From Zygophlyctis sp. KS116 (taxonomy: Eukaryota > Fungi > Chytridiomycota), in assembly GCA_054661495.1 (NCBI GenBank), contig BAAFSQ010000093.1, positions 1 through 32,000 of the forward strand: 32,000 nucleotides of DNA, written 5' to 3'. The notes under the pieces are model-generated. The model made no database searches, was not told where the DNA came from, and worked only from the letters and a program-made list of their open reading frames with translations. The translations under genes were made by a program, and so were the position numbers. Positions within the stretch are counted from its first letter, which is position 1. Each line of letters starts with the position of its first letter. Positions 1 to 10,782 of this stretch are shown here, in pieces.

Positions 1-491
1 GGATTGGAAATAGGTGGCCATAATGTAGAAAATGCAAGTTTAGCATTTACTCCATATATATCCCAGAAAAAGTTTATAGTAATGCCTGCGATATCATCTG
101 TAATAGGTGTCTTTTCAGCAGGACTATAGATATAGCCCTTACTCTTTAGATTCAAAATACTACTATTGCAGGCAGTAGAGTACTTTTCAGTCACTTGAAT
201 TCCTGTAGTAGAAGATTTTCTACCGGGGTAGCAATTGTCTCCAAAAGATCTCCAAGGACTTGTTGTGCTTAAGGAATCAAAGACTGCGTTAGTGAAGGCC
301 GTACATTGGGGACCATTTCCACCATTAGTCGGACGGCAAAGGTAGTCAACTGTACTAAGGCAATTTCAATCGGGATTCCCCATTGAATCAATATTGCAAG
401 TAGGCGTAATTCTTGAAATGGCTAAGCTGTATGCGGAATAACCCATGGGAATGACTGCAGCCCAGATAGCCAAAGCAAGATTGAGTTTCAT
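1..491 (-). pseudogene. Paralog of the secreted 6-Cys protein at 25004-25942 with an in-frame TGA at codon 42; runs off the window edge
   Basis: ATG at 491 reads MKLNLALAIWAAVIPMGYSA...CNIDSMGNPD*NCLSTVDYLC...WRSFGDNC...LWPPISNP. Nucleotides 1-491 align with about 25446-25942. TGA is at 368-366, and no GT-AG micro-intron can remove it. Confidence 0.8.
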
Positions 492-519
492 TTTATTTTT
501 TGAATGTTTACATCATGTG

Positions 520-623
520 CAGAAATGGATCAATAAATAGTTAATGATGTCATTGTGGCACCACCGCCTCCTTTTTTGATTAGTAAGCAGATTGCATCAT
601 CAGTCAATTGAGTCCAAAGTCTT
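520..623. repeat. ~104-bp non-coding block duplicated at 26179-26281
   Basis: Direct comparison shows about 2 substitutions and 1 indel; the block lies upstream of both paralogous secreted-protein genes. Confidence 0.9.
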
Positions 624-751
624 GCGGTTGCTCCCAACTGCTTCCAATTGGCTCTGATTGACATGCCTTTATCAAGCTAAGGGAGCACGTACGGTCGCCA
701 AGGGTAAATACTTTAGTACGCATACGAACGCTATACGAACGCACACAAGAA

Positions 752-1795
752 ATGAATTTAGAAATTTACACTTGGAACTTGAATACAAATCCCAGGATTT
801 CTCTAGACTTAATTTCAAAATTATTGAAAAATACTAAATTTCCACAGATTATGGCATTTTCCTTTCAAGAACTAGTGTCGCAATTTAGTTTTTGGAAAGG
901 ACAAGATAAATCTCAAGATTATATTTCTTTAATTCAACAGCAACTTAAATTCAAATATTCTTTAATTCATACTTGTCTAATGAATGGGATCTGTTTAATG
1001 GTTTTTAAAAAAAATGATTTTGATATTGTCTTGTCTATAAGACAGGGAATAATTGGTGCTGGATTAGGAGGTGTTTATGGGAATAAAGGTGCTGTGGCTA
1101 TAGGTCTAGAGTTTGAAATTGATTCTAAATACTCTAGTTTGTGTATTGTTGGTGCACATTTGGATCCACATCAAGGTCAATCTTGGTTTATAAAGAGAAA
1201 TTCTACTGCAAATTATATTTTTTCTACTTGTCTATTGGAAAATAATGATTCTAAAAGGCTTATACATGATTATGACGTGATTTTCTTTGCTGGAGATTTA
1301 AATTACAGATTTATTTCAAAAGATTTAGGAAAAATAAATCAATTATTGGATTCAATGGATATTCAAGGATTAGTGGAAAAAGATGAATTAAAATTAGGTA
1401 AATTTGGTCCTTGGGACTCTTGGAAAGAAGGGAAAATAACATTTTTACCTACTTACAAGTACAAGAAGGATTTATCTACTAAAATATCTGATCAGTTTTC
1501 TAAAAGTAGGATACCAGCATATACTGATAGGATTTTATTCAAGGCTTTAAAATCTAATGTTTTCATTTTACAGTATGACTCTATTCCTGGGCTTGGGTTC
1601 TCGGATCATCAGCCAGTGTTTGGGAGATTCTCTATAGATTTTGATAGTAGTAGTTATAGAGAAGAATCAAGACTGAATTCAACAGAACTCTTGTATAGGA
1701 TGTATTGGTATAAATTTTTAAGAATTGTGGAAATTAATTGGATCGTGATTCTTCTTATTGCCATATTGTATATTGTAGCAAGGATCCTGTGGTAG
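752..1795 (+). CDS. INP54: Inositol polyphosphate 5-phosphatase, Inp54-like, tail-anchored
   Basis: Motifs TWN, FQE, GNKGAV, FFAGDLNYR, PTYKY, RIPAYTDRILF and SDHQPV; hydrophobic C-terminal tail; intronless. Confidence 0.88.
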   Translation: MNLEIYTWNLNTNPRISLDLISKLLKNTKFPQIMAFSFQELVSQFSFWKGQDKSQDYISLIQQQLKFKYSLIHTCLMNGICLMVFKKNDFDIVLSIRQGIIGAGLGGVYGNKGAVAIGLEFEIDSKYSSLCIVGAHLDPHQGQSWFIKRNSTANYIFSTCLLENNDSKRLIHDYDVIFFAGDLNYRFISKDLGKINQLLDSMDIQGLVEKDELKLGKFGPWDSWKEGKITFLPTYKYKKDLSTKISDQFSKSRIPAYTDRILFKALKSNVFILQYDSIPGLGFSDHQPVFGRFSIDFDSSSYREESRLNSTELLYRMYWYKFLRIVEINWIVILLIAILYIVARILW

Positions 1796-1874
1796 TGTTT
1801 CTAAATCTAAAAATTTGCGCGTTTCAAATGGGTTACGAATGTGATTGACACAAGTTTCATACATTCATTAAAAA

Positions 1875-2414
1875 ATGAAATTCTTAACATTCGCACCATT
1901 CATAATCATGAATTTTATAGCTTATGCTTCACCATTGACTGAATCATCTCTTGTAGCCAGAGAAGATAGTTCCAGTGCGGAAGTTGGCGGTCCAGTTCCG
2001 CCTGGAATACCAATCACTGAAACAGATCCCCTCGGAGCAAAATCAAAAGCTGTTATTCCATGGCAGGCCATGATATCTTTGAATCCATATATCAATCCAG
2101 ATATGGTCCCGCCAGGCGCAGTAGTGAAATTACCACCAGGAACATTTTGGATCGCTAGACCAGGAGAAACGATTCTTACAGTGGCAAAGCATTTTGTAAA
2201 ATGCGCAACCACATATTCTTACACTTATGGTGCAAAACCCACATTGGATCCTTACGCACTGGCTCAAATGAACTATGTGTACTCAATCACTGCACCATTG
2301 CCTCCCGGTCGTTTGATACGACTACCACCTGATTCAGGATATTTGGCGTTTAGTCAAACCAAATTTGCATTTATTGCAAATCATCTTTCTTTTGCAGGCC
2401 CTTACTATTTTTAG
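1875..2414 (+). CDS. Secreted LysM-like protein
   Basis: Signal peptide; LysM-like segments ISLNPYINPDMVPPGAVVKLP, ARPGETILTVAKHF and LAQMN...LPPGRLIRLP. Confidence 0.65.
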   Translation: MKFLTFAPFIIMNFIAYASPLTESSLVAREDSSSAEVGGPVPPGIPITETDPLGAKSKAVIPWQAMISLNPYINPDMVPPGAVVKLPPGTFWIARPGETILTVAKHFVKCATTYSYTYGAKPTLDPYALAQMNYVYSITAPLPPGRLIRLPPDSGYLAFSQTKFAFIANHLSFAGPYYF

Positions 2415-2483
2415 ATTTTCCTCACATTTCTTAAAAAAACATGTTTTTTTTCGATTTCATTTACTATTTGTTTTTTGTACAGA

Positions 2484-4212
2484 TTATCCCAGCGTCCGTC
2501 GCTTTCTAGCATCAGATCTTCTTCTGGTAGCATTTGTCAAGTTTCTCCTCATTGACTTTTCACGTTGACTTTTGATGAATGCTGCTTCTTTTGATTAGAA
2601 AGAAATAATGTACCTTTTGCCAATGCAAATTCAACAGAAGTTCTACTTCTTATTAAAGATAAGAAGGGCCAAGCGGCTTTTTCTCCCTTTCTTATCCAAT
2701 AATTCATGGAAGCGGCAGTTGGACTAGCAAAAAGTGTATAAAAATCACTAGAATCCAGCACAGGTGAAATAGTAATATTCCCTTGAGCTTTTTGATCTAC
2801 CAATGTCAACAATCGACTAGGAACAAGGCGAAGTTGAGCAAGCTAGTTGTCAAATTATTTTGAAATACCTGGTAAATTCTATGACGAAATTCTAGTGTTA
2901 AAAATGTAACCATTTTCCCTAGTATTCCAGGAGAATTATTGCCTTCTTTTCTGGTCTGTAAACTAGAGGAAAGAAATGGTGCAATATATGGCGTAGCTTG
3001 TGATACAATAAAATGATTAACATTGAATAATTCTGCTAATCTAGATTCTGGAAGTTCCATTTCATCCACAAACTTGACATCCCATTCCACTTCAGAAGGA
3101 GACCAATGAACAATATCTCCTTTTTGATCTTTTGCTAAAAGGCTTACAGATTCATACAAGCCCATTGAAGAACACGATGCTACAGCTGCACTCCAAATTA
3201 AAACATTTGGAGCAGTCAAGTAGTTTAAAACCCTCGGTACTTCAGCCTTTCTACTCGTAGATACAATTATATTCAAGACTCTTTTAGTTTTCTGATAAGC
3301 TTCGTCGAATGTAGCTTCTCCTAAATTCTGTCGAACCACATCTTCAATAACTTTTACATCTAAAAAATATCCCTTTGTCAAAAATCTCGTTAATTTCCTA
3401 CTAAGAGTTCCTCGAACACTCTTTTTAGAGAAAGCTTCCAAATTTATATTCTTTCCGTTTAATAAATTGGGTAATTCTTCTTCAGTATGCGTGCAAACCA
3501 GAGCCGCTATAAGAGCGCCAACCGAACTACCACATATTATTTTTGGTAATAATCTTTGTTCAAATAGTGCCTTTGCAACTCCTAAATGTATCAGCCCAAA
3601 AGTGGATCCCCCTTGAAAAACGAGAGCAGTACACCCATAACTTTGTTTACAGTCATTCATCATATCATATTTTTCTTTTACTATAATATTAAATATAAAT
3701 CATACTTACTAGTTGCATTATTGAAATTTGTAAGAGATATATATCGTAATAGTTCAGCGTAAGCTCTGTTGTAATCTTCAATTAATAATTTAGTTCCTAG
3801 ATAGTATTTAGCAAACAGTCGAGTATCGGCGACACCACAAAAGTTCCTTAATAGTCCAGATCGAAGAGTATAAGTCAATACAGAGAAATCCTTTGTCTTC
3901 AAAAGCGAAAGCAACTCGATCGTACGTTTTCTAATCTGTTTGTAGTCATAGATGTGGGAGTTGGGAAGATACTTCCAATGCTCATAGCCTCGAAGTATAT
4001 CCAGCTCCAATGCTGTTTTGTACCATGTGGTGAAATCGTTTGCCGTGTCCAGTTTATCTTCCAACAAATCAATGGGGGTTTTGACGGATACAATGTCTAA
4101 TTTCTAGCATTAAATGTTTGAGACTTACTTTCAATATATATGTCTGGACAGCGTTAAAGAAGAAAAGTATCTGGGAAAGAATACTGCTGATAATCTCGTG
4201 TATTTTTAACAT
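2484..4212 (-). CDS. Patatin-family triacylglycerol lipase (Tgl3/4/5-like), 4 short introns
   Basis: GGSTFG oxyanion motif, GSSVG nucleophile elbow, RLAELFNVNHFIVSQA. ATG at 4212 splices into ORFs 3681-4067, 2806-3663 and 2549-2812; the last intron 2588-2613 (26 nt) gives the C-terminus ...RKRRTLG* at 2484. Confidence 0.88.
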
Positions 4213-4213
4213 T

Positions 4214-7200
4214 CTAATCTAAAAAGCCGACAATATTTACTCCTCTCTCACTTTCACGCACTGCAATCACTCCCTTTCCTCCAGTGATTTTCCTTAATAA
4301 ATCTGCATCATATCTTTCACCCTTTAAATAATCCCATTCAGTCGTAATTTCTCCGCCATGCCATCCAAGGTTTGCTATTGGATCCATGCATATAAGAGGT
4401 CGTGTTGACAATATCCAAGAGGCTGGTGATCTTTCACATTTAGGTATAGATTTGTCACAGTCAGTCAACAACCAAGAGTCGTATTCCTTTAATAAATTCA
4501 TTTTGAGTTCAAGTGAATGTGAGCACAGAGATTGAAGAAAAAGAAATCTATCAGACAAGCTACATGGGTCAAAGTTTTTGGTTGGGCGTGGAGGACAGTG
4601 GAAAACTGAGTGATGACGAAATATTGTGGCGATATTTCCTGCTCTGCAATCAATATCCTTTGTACATTCTTTCCAGTATTTTCCTTTAGTTTTTGAAAAC
4701 ATGCTCTAAATTTTAGAATTCTAATTCATTACAGAAAAATCTTGTTTAGTCATTTCACGATCTTCTGAGAGATACTTAAATATGTTCTTGGTTTTATAAT
4801 TGCTCTGTACAAAGAAACTTGACTCTGCAACAGAATCTCTTTCTATCTGGAAAATCATATCTGCAGAATTTAATGATAACAGTGCGAGATATGATTGGTA
4901 TATATCACGGTAGTATACAATATCCCTAGTATTAATAAATGAAACATGCCTTGAAGAATAATGAATATTATAGTTTAGAGCGAGTATCTCAAAAATTCCC
5001 TAGTCATTACTGGGAACGCATTTTACCTTTGCAATATCACTAAAGTGGGGCTCTCCAACTTCATTTGCCTTTTTGCTAGGAAATAAATAACATGCAAAAT
5101 TCATATTGCTGCATTCTAAGTATGCCGACACGGAAAATGTCATTAAAAGTATAGATTTTCTTACCCGGCCCCCGATCAAGATTGAATGGTATACATTTTG
5201 AATTAATGGACTAATATTAGACTGCGGAATAAAATACATTTCATTTCGATTCCAGGGAATTATTGAAATTATTTTATCATTGCCCGATTCTAGCGATGTT
5301 AAATGCTGTAGTATTTCATAAAGACCTTTTTTGTGCTGGTTATTAAATAGCGCAGAATTTCTAGAACTTCAAAATATTCTAAATATACCCAGAATTTAAA
5401 AGCCACGGTGCAAGTTCTATATCAACATTTGAGATCCACTTGTTTGCATCCATACGTAAAGAATATGAATTGTTTCGCACAATTTTGGGGTAACTGTCTG
5501 AAAATGAATGATTAAGCTTCAATCCCAATAGTGATTTCATGCGGTTAATATTTGCTAAAGAAAATCCCAAGTCTTTCTGACGAGCACGGACGTGGATAGG
5601 CGACGAATAAGTCATTTCGGCAACATCAAGAATATTAAATGCTTTCCCAGTGCCAAGATTAATCACCTGGTTATTTGAGTCAGAAGTTTGAGCAGCCAGA
5701 ATGATTCCACTTACCACATCATCGACATGTATAAAATCTCGAATATTAGATCCATCTCCTTCTATATATAAGGGCATTTTTAGTTGGGAGCGATGTCTAA
5801 AAATCCCAGTGACAGTAGCTGAAGGGCCAAAAGAATCCTCATGAGGACCATAAATCGAAAAAGCCCGCAGGATAACAACTGGAACTTTTGAAAGCCTTTG
5901 AAACATTTCCAATTTTTTCTCAATCGCTAACGCTACCTCCCCAATTGTGGTGGATGGCATTGGCTAAATGTTAGATTGCAGTATTTATACCGGCCGTGAT
6001 TCTGTCTGAGCTATTCCTGCATCACCATAAACATGAAAAGAAGAAAGAAAGATAAACTTTTTTACAGAAGAGTGCAAAGATGCGTTGAATAAGTCTAGAT
6101 ATTAAAAACAAAAAATACTCCAATGTTCATCACCAATTTTGACAAATGCTCCCACATCTTGTCGGCCCTTCTTCGGAGTAGGAATGATTGGCATTCCCAA
6201 ATGAAATATAATTTCAACATCCCGCACAGCCTTTTGACAATCTTGATAATTACCAACATATCCTTGCATAAATTCATACTGTTTGTCCTCTGAAAATGGT
6301 ATATGTCTATATTTTCCATTTTCAAAACTTTCCATGATTCTCACACGATATCCGTGTTTTAGCAATTTGTCCACAAGCTATAGTTGAGACTAAATAATAT
6401 ACCCTGTGCCCGACATATCCTAAAAATCAAAATATTAGTATCTTACCTGCACCACCAATAACGAGAACGAATGGATGCCCATTTACATCTCTAATTGTTT
6501 TGGGAGTAAAGTTTAGCTCAAAAACTGAATCTGCGAGTTTGAGTGAGTTTAAATAAATGAGTCCAATGCATAATATGGAAAATAGTAATCTACTTAACCA
6601 AATATTTTCATTCTTTTTCTGAAAAAACCTTATATCTAAAGCCAAATACCCCATAACTGCTCCACATATCCTTGAGAACCTCAAATGGTAGGAATCCAGA
6701 CTATATAAAAAAGACGTCCAGACCGTTAAACTGGTAGCAATAATTGCTATATCCCATGAGAGATACTCTTTAGACTATTGTTTTAAAAATTATAAAAATT
6801 ACAAGTCTAACCCATAGATATTGAAGAAGGAGAACCAAAAAACTAGAAAATATAATTATTGATAGTCGTATTTCCTGTAAATACCCTCTACTAAAAACAT
6901 TTTTAGCTTCAAATATAAGAAAACCAATCATAAATCCCATAAATATTGTAGGAAATGTGATATTTTCCTGTGTATTTTCTAGTCCGATTTCAAATAATAT
7001 TACATAAGCTAGAACCATTGACAAAAATTGAACCAGAATTCCTACAAATGGTAAATTTATACTTTCAGTTTGAATTATAAACAGTAAACCAATGAGTACA
7101 TAGGTGAATTTCTTTGAAAACAGATTTTTTGGTTGTGATTTTCCTCTAAAATAATTGATAAAGACAATCAATAGTGGAAATAAACACTAGATTTAGCAGA

Positions 7201-7551
7201 TTATAAAATACAAAAATCTGTCCTCTAGCCAGTGTAGTAATTTTAAATCCAAAATCCAACATTATTATAATTGACGCAATAATTCCAATATAAATTGGTT
7301 TTGAGTTTACATTGTGAGAATGATTTTCCAGTTTGAGTAAATTCCTTGAAACTCTTCTAATAATTTCTGCTAGTCCCCAACTTGCTGCATGATTTAAAAA
7401 TGGAAAAACTAAAATTACTCAATAATTCATACTTGAATTGGATGGAAAAACAAGACAAATTCCCTTGTAAGATATGATTGAAGAGAATAATCTTGTCTTA
7501 GACTAAAAAGACTTACAGTAGAAAAACCTTTAAATCAACTTTGTCCTTCAT
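4214..7551 (-). CDS. ~999-aa fusion: multi-pass transporter-like domain + extended SDR (epimerase-like, YxxxK lost) + GT77/nucleotide-diphospho-sugar transferase-like domain
   Basis: Thirteen introns (7492-7516, 7409-7432, 7187-7211, 6775-6802, 6420-6446, 6378-6402, 6095-6118, 5964-5990, 5361-5388, 5211-5237, 5000-5026, 4926-4949 GC-AG, 4706-4732; total 338 nt) leave an open 3000-nt frame. Motifs GGAGYVG, FIFLSS..VYG, RDFIHVDDVV, and ILALNYNIHYSSRDIVYYRD. Confidence 0.75.
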
Positions 7552-7595
7552 ACTAATCTTTTAAAATTAAATCGGACTTTCTCAATTCGTGTCTT

Positions 7596-8438
7596 TTAAG
7601 AATTTATTTGTGCACAATCTGGACAATACCATTTCCCTTTTACAGGACCATCTAAACCAACACACTTTTCTTTTAATTCTAAAAATTACCTTGTAATGAA
7701 ACCACTCAATACTACAATCTTCATTATCACAAGCAATCATTTCTCCAAAAGACACTTGTGAGCATATACAATATGTAGGTTCTGAATGTGGTGCAGGAGA
7801 TATCATTTCTGCATCTACATCTCCTACTTCTGGATCTACTAGAGGATCTAAATTTGAATTTACTTTTACATTTTCAGGTTCAACCTTTACATTCTCAGTG
7901 ACTGTATTTGATCTATTTTAGAATGAAATTAAATCTTTTAATACCTTGTAGCTCTTGTAGCTCTTTTATTTCCTGTAGAATTATTTGAATTTGACTCTAG
8001 TAAATCATATTTTTCCAAAGACTCTATAGAATTTTTAACAATTGAAGCTTCTTTAGAGACTCTAGGAGAATCAAATTTCCTCTTTTTAGGAGTTTCTTTA
8101 ATCCCAGAGAGCTGATCTTCTTCAAATTTGAGTAAATCCGACTCTAATCTAGAGACATGTTCATTTACCATTTGAGTACAAGTTGAAGAAATTTCCACCT
8201 GTTGGTAACCTATATTCTTAATTTTCTTAATTTCAGTAGAGATTCTAGAGAGCAATTGAGTCTTTTCTAGTGAATTTAAATCTAAATTTTGCAAGAATTT
8301 TGTGATTAATTCTTTCAAGAGAGTTTTTGAAGACTGTAATTTATAATCTACTTGTTTTAGAATAGTATATTGACGAGAGAGTTCATTTGGGAGCGAGTCC
8401 AGGACGTCACAATAATCTAGCAAATGTGGAATTGACAT
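7596..8438 (-). CDS. ING-family PHD-finger chromatin protein (Yng2/Pho23-like)
   Basis: N-terminal [17 protein letters not shown] domain; PHD finger [35 protein letters not shown]...GKWYCPDC; introns 7913-7944 and 7665-7689. Confidence 0.92.
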
Positions 8439-8444
8439 TTCTCG

Positions 8445-8546
8445 TCTAGGTTTTTACTTTTTGCAGTAGGTTTACTTTAACAGAGTTAATCTAGGTTTTT
8501 ACTTTTTGCAGTAGGTTTACTTTAACAGAGTTAATCTAGGTTTTTA
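8445..8546. repeat. Perfect 45-bp tandem duplication (2.3 copies) in the ING/Rab8 divergent promoter
   Basis: Unit TCTAGGTTTTTACTTTTTGCAGTAGGTTTACTTTAACAGAGTTAA at 8445-8489 and 8490-8534, partial copy to 8546. Confidence 0.95.
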
Positions 8547-8548
8547 AC

Positions 8549-8575
8549 TTTCGCGACTTGAAAATTTTCGCGACT
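8549..8575. promoter_or_regulatory. Two TTTCGCGAC motifs (SCB/E2F-like core) just upstream of Rab8
   Basis: TTTCGCG is the reverse complement of the SCB consensus CGCGAAA; function is inferred only. Confidence 0.4.
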
Positions 8576-8582
8576 TTGAAAA

Positions 8583-9235
8583 ATGGCAACGTCAAAATCA
8601 GCCAGTTACGATTACTTGATTAAACTATTGCTCATTGGAGATTCAGGTGTCGGTAAGAGTTGTTTACTCCTTCGTTTTTCTGATGATGCCTTTACTCCTT
8701 CTTTTATTACTACAATTGGAATAGATTTTAAAATCAGAACAATTGAATTGGATGGCAAAAGAATTAAATTACAGATTTGGGATACAGCTGGACAAGAACG
8801 TTTTCGTACTATTACTACTGCATACTATCGTGGTGCCATGGGAATATTACTGACTTATGATGTCACGGATGAAAGATCTTTTAATAATATTCGAAATTGG
8901 ATGAGAAATATTGAACAACATGCTTCTGAAGGTGTAAACAAGATACTTATAGGAAATAAGGCTGATATGTTGGATAAAAAAATTATTAGTAAAGATCAAG
9001 GTCAGGCTCTTGCAGATGAATATGCAATAAAGTTTATTGAATGTAGTGCCAAGTCTAATATTGGTATTTTTTTTTCTTTTTTAAAAAAATAGGTGTAGAA
9101 GAAGCCTTTTTTACATTAGCTAGGGATATTAAGAAAAGATTGATTGATACTGCACAAGATAAAGAAGCTAATGATACTATTACAGTTGATGATAAAAAAG
9201 GTGGATCACTGACTAGTAGTTGTTGTGGAAAGTAA
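8583..9235 (+). CDS. SEC4: Rab8/Sec4/Ypt2 GTPase
   Basis: [43 protein letters not shown]; intron 9064-9092 (29 nt); C-terminal CCGK prenylation motif. Confidence 0.96.
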
Positions 9236-9263
9236 TTTACGATTTACGCATATTTTAAAAAAA

Positions 9264-9894
9264 ATGTTTAAAGCAATTTCATCTATTCCATATGTCATTG
9301 AATCTTCTCCAAGAGGAGAAAGAGTTTTTGATATATTTTCTAGACTACTTAAAGAGAGAATTATTTTACTAAATGGAGAAGTTCATGATTCTAGTTCTGC
9401 AATTATTGTTGCTCAATTACTATTTTTAGAAGCAGAAAATCCTAAAAAGCCAATTGCAATGTATATAAATTCTCCAGGTGGTTCAGTGACTGCTGGAATG
9501 GCTATATATGATACGATGCAGTATATTCAGTCTCCAGTTTCGACTGTTTGTATCGGTCAAGCATGCTCAATGGGATCTTTACTATTAGCTGCAGGTGAGC
9601 CTGGATCTCGTAGTATTCTACCAAATGCAAGAGTAATGATTCATCAACCAAGGTAAATTTCTATAAAATAAAGACTATAGTGGTGGTGCATCTGGTCAAG
9701 CAACGGACATTGCTATTCATGCAAAAGAAATTTTAGATGTTCGATCTAAATTAAATTCAATTTATGTTCATCATACTAAACAGCCTCTGTCTGAAATTGA
9801 AAAAAGAATGGAAAGAGATCATTTTATGTCTGCACAGGCTGCAGTGGATTTTGGACTAGTTGATAAAATTTTAATAAAACGTTTGGAAGCTTGA
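9264..9894 (+). CDS. CLPP: Mitochondrial ClpP protease subunit
   Basis: [37 protein letters not shown] (after intron 9653-9680), MERDHFM. Confidence 0.95.
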
Positions 9895-9995
9895 TGTATT
9901 AACACTAGAGGAAACTCTTAAACGTCTCAAGAATGGGGCGTAGGTGTAAAACAAGTTGCGGCCTAGGTTTTACATTTTGTTTTGAATTGTTTGAC

Positions 9996-10782
9996 ATGAC
10001 AAAAGTTGAATGGCCATTGGAAGCTCAGACAGTAATTTATATATTCTTAATTTTTAGGTCATTGTTACTGGTAACTTTGATAACTGGGCTGGGACTTTTC
10101 CTTTAATTAAAGTAATTTATTTTTCTAAACCTAGAATGAATCTGGAATATTTGTTGGTAATCTATCTAATCATGATTGGCCTTTAATTTTCAAGTTTATT
10201 GTTGATGGAGAATGGAAAACTTGTTTAGAATATTCTATCCAATCTGATGATGATGGAAATGTTAACAATATTTTATATTTTGAAAAATCTCAAGATATCA
10301 AGGAATCATTGCAAGGGCAAAAAAGTATTTCAAACCTGGATTTGAAGCAGACTTGGCCTTTACCAGGTATCCCAGAGGAAACTTCTCCAGAGATTAGAGG
10401 CATTCAAATTCCAAAAGTTTTAATCACAGATGTAAATGGTGTTGAATCAGACTATCCAATTAGTCTAAACATGCAAGGGAATAATCAAGTTCCCAGAGTG
10501 ATTTTAACTGATGTCGATGGAAAGGTTTCTTTGCCTATTGTCCCAAATATAGTCATTACTGATGCTGATGGGAATATTACAGAAGAGATTATAGATTATA
10601 TTGATCTTCCAAGATCACCAATGGTTAATTCATTTTCAGATTCTAGTATGGATTCGGTAGACTCTCAAACCACGTTGAATGCCTCACAAGAAGATAAAAA
10701 TTCGAAAGCTTCTAAAAAGTTGTTTAAACCTTTAAAGGGATTAAAGAAGAAAACTTCTCGTTTAATGCAATCTGTAATTTAA
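9996..10782 (+). CDS. CBM48/AMPK-beta-type glycogen-binding protein (Crp1/Mdg1-like) with three PxIxIT-like repeats
   Basis: Introns 10032-10057 (26 nt) and 10112-10134 (23 nt) give VEWP...VIVTGNFDNW...FKFIVDGEW...DGNVNN, in frame with ORF 10309-10782. Confidence 0.85.

Noticed and set aside
366-368. In-frame TGA as selenocysteine or a genetic-code variant
   Set aside because: It aligns with Ile, not Cys, in the intact paralog; TGA is a normal stop in other genes here (e.g. ClpP); the 3' UTR is outside the window, so no SECIS can be assessed.
8445-8546. CRISPR-like array
   Set aside because: Contiguous tandem copies without spacers, no cas genes, eukaryotic context.
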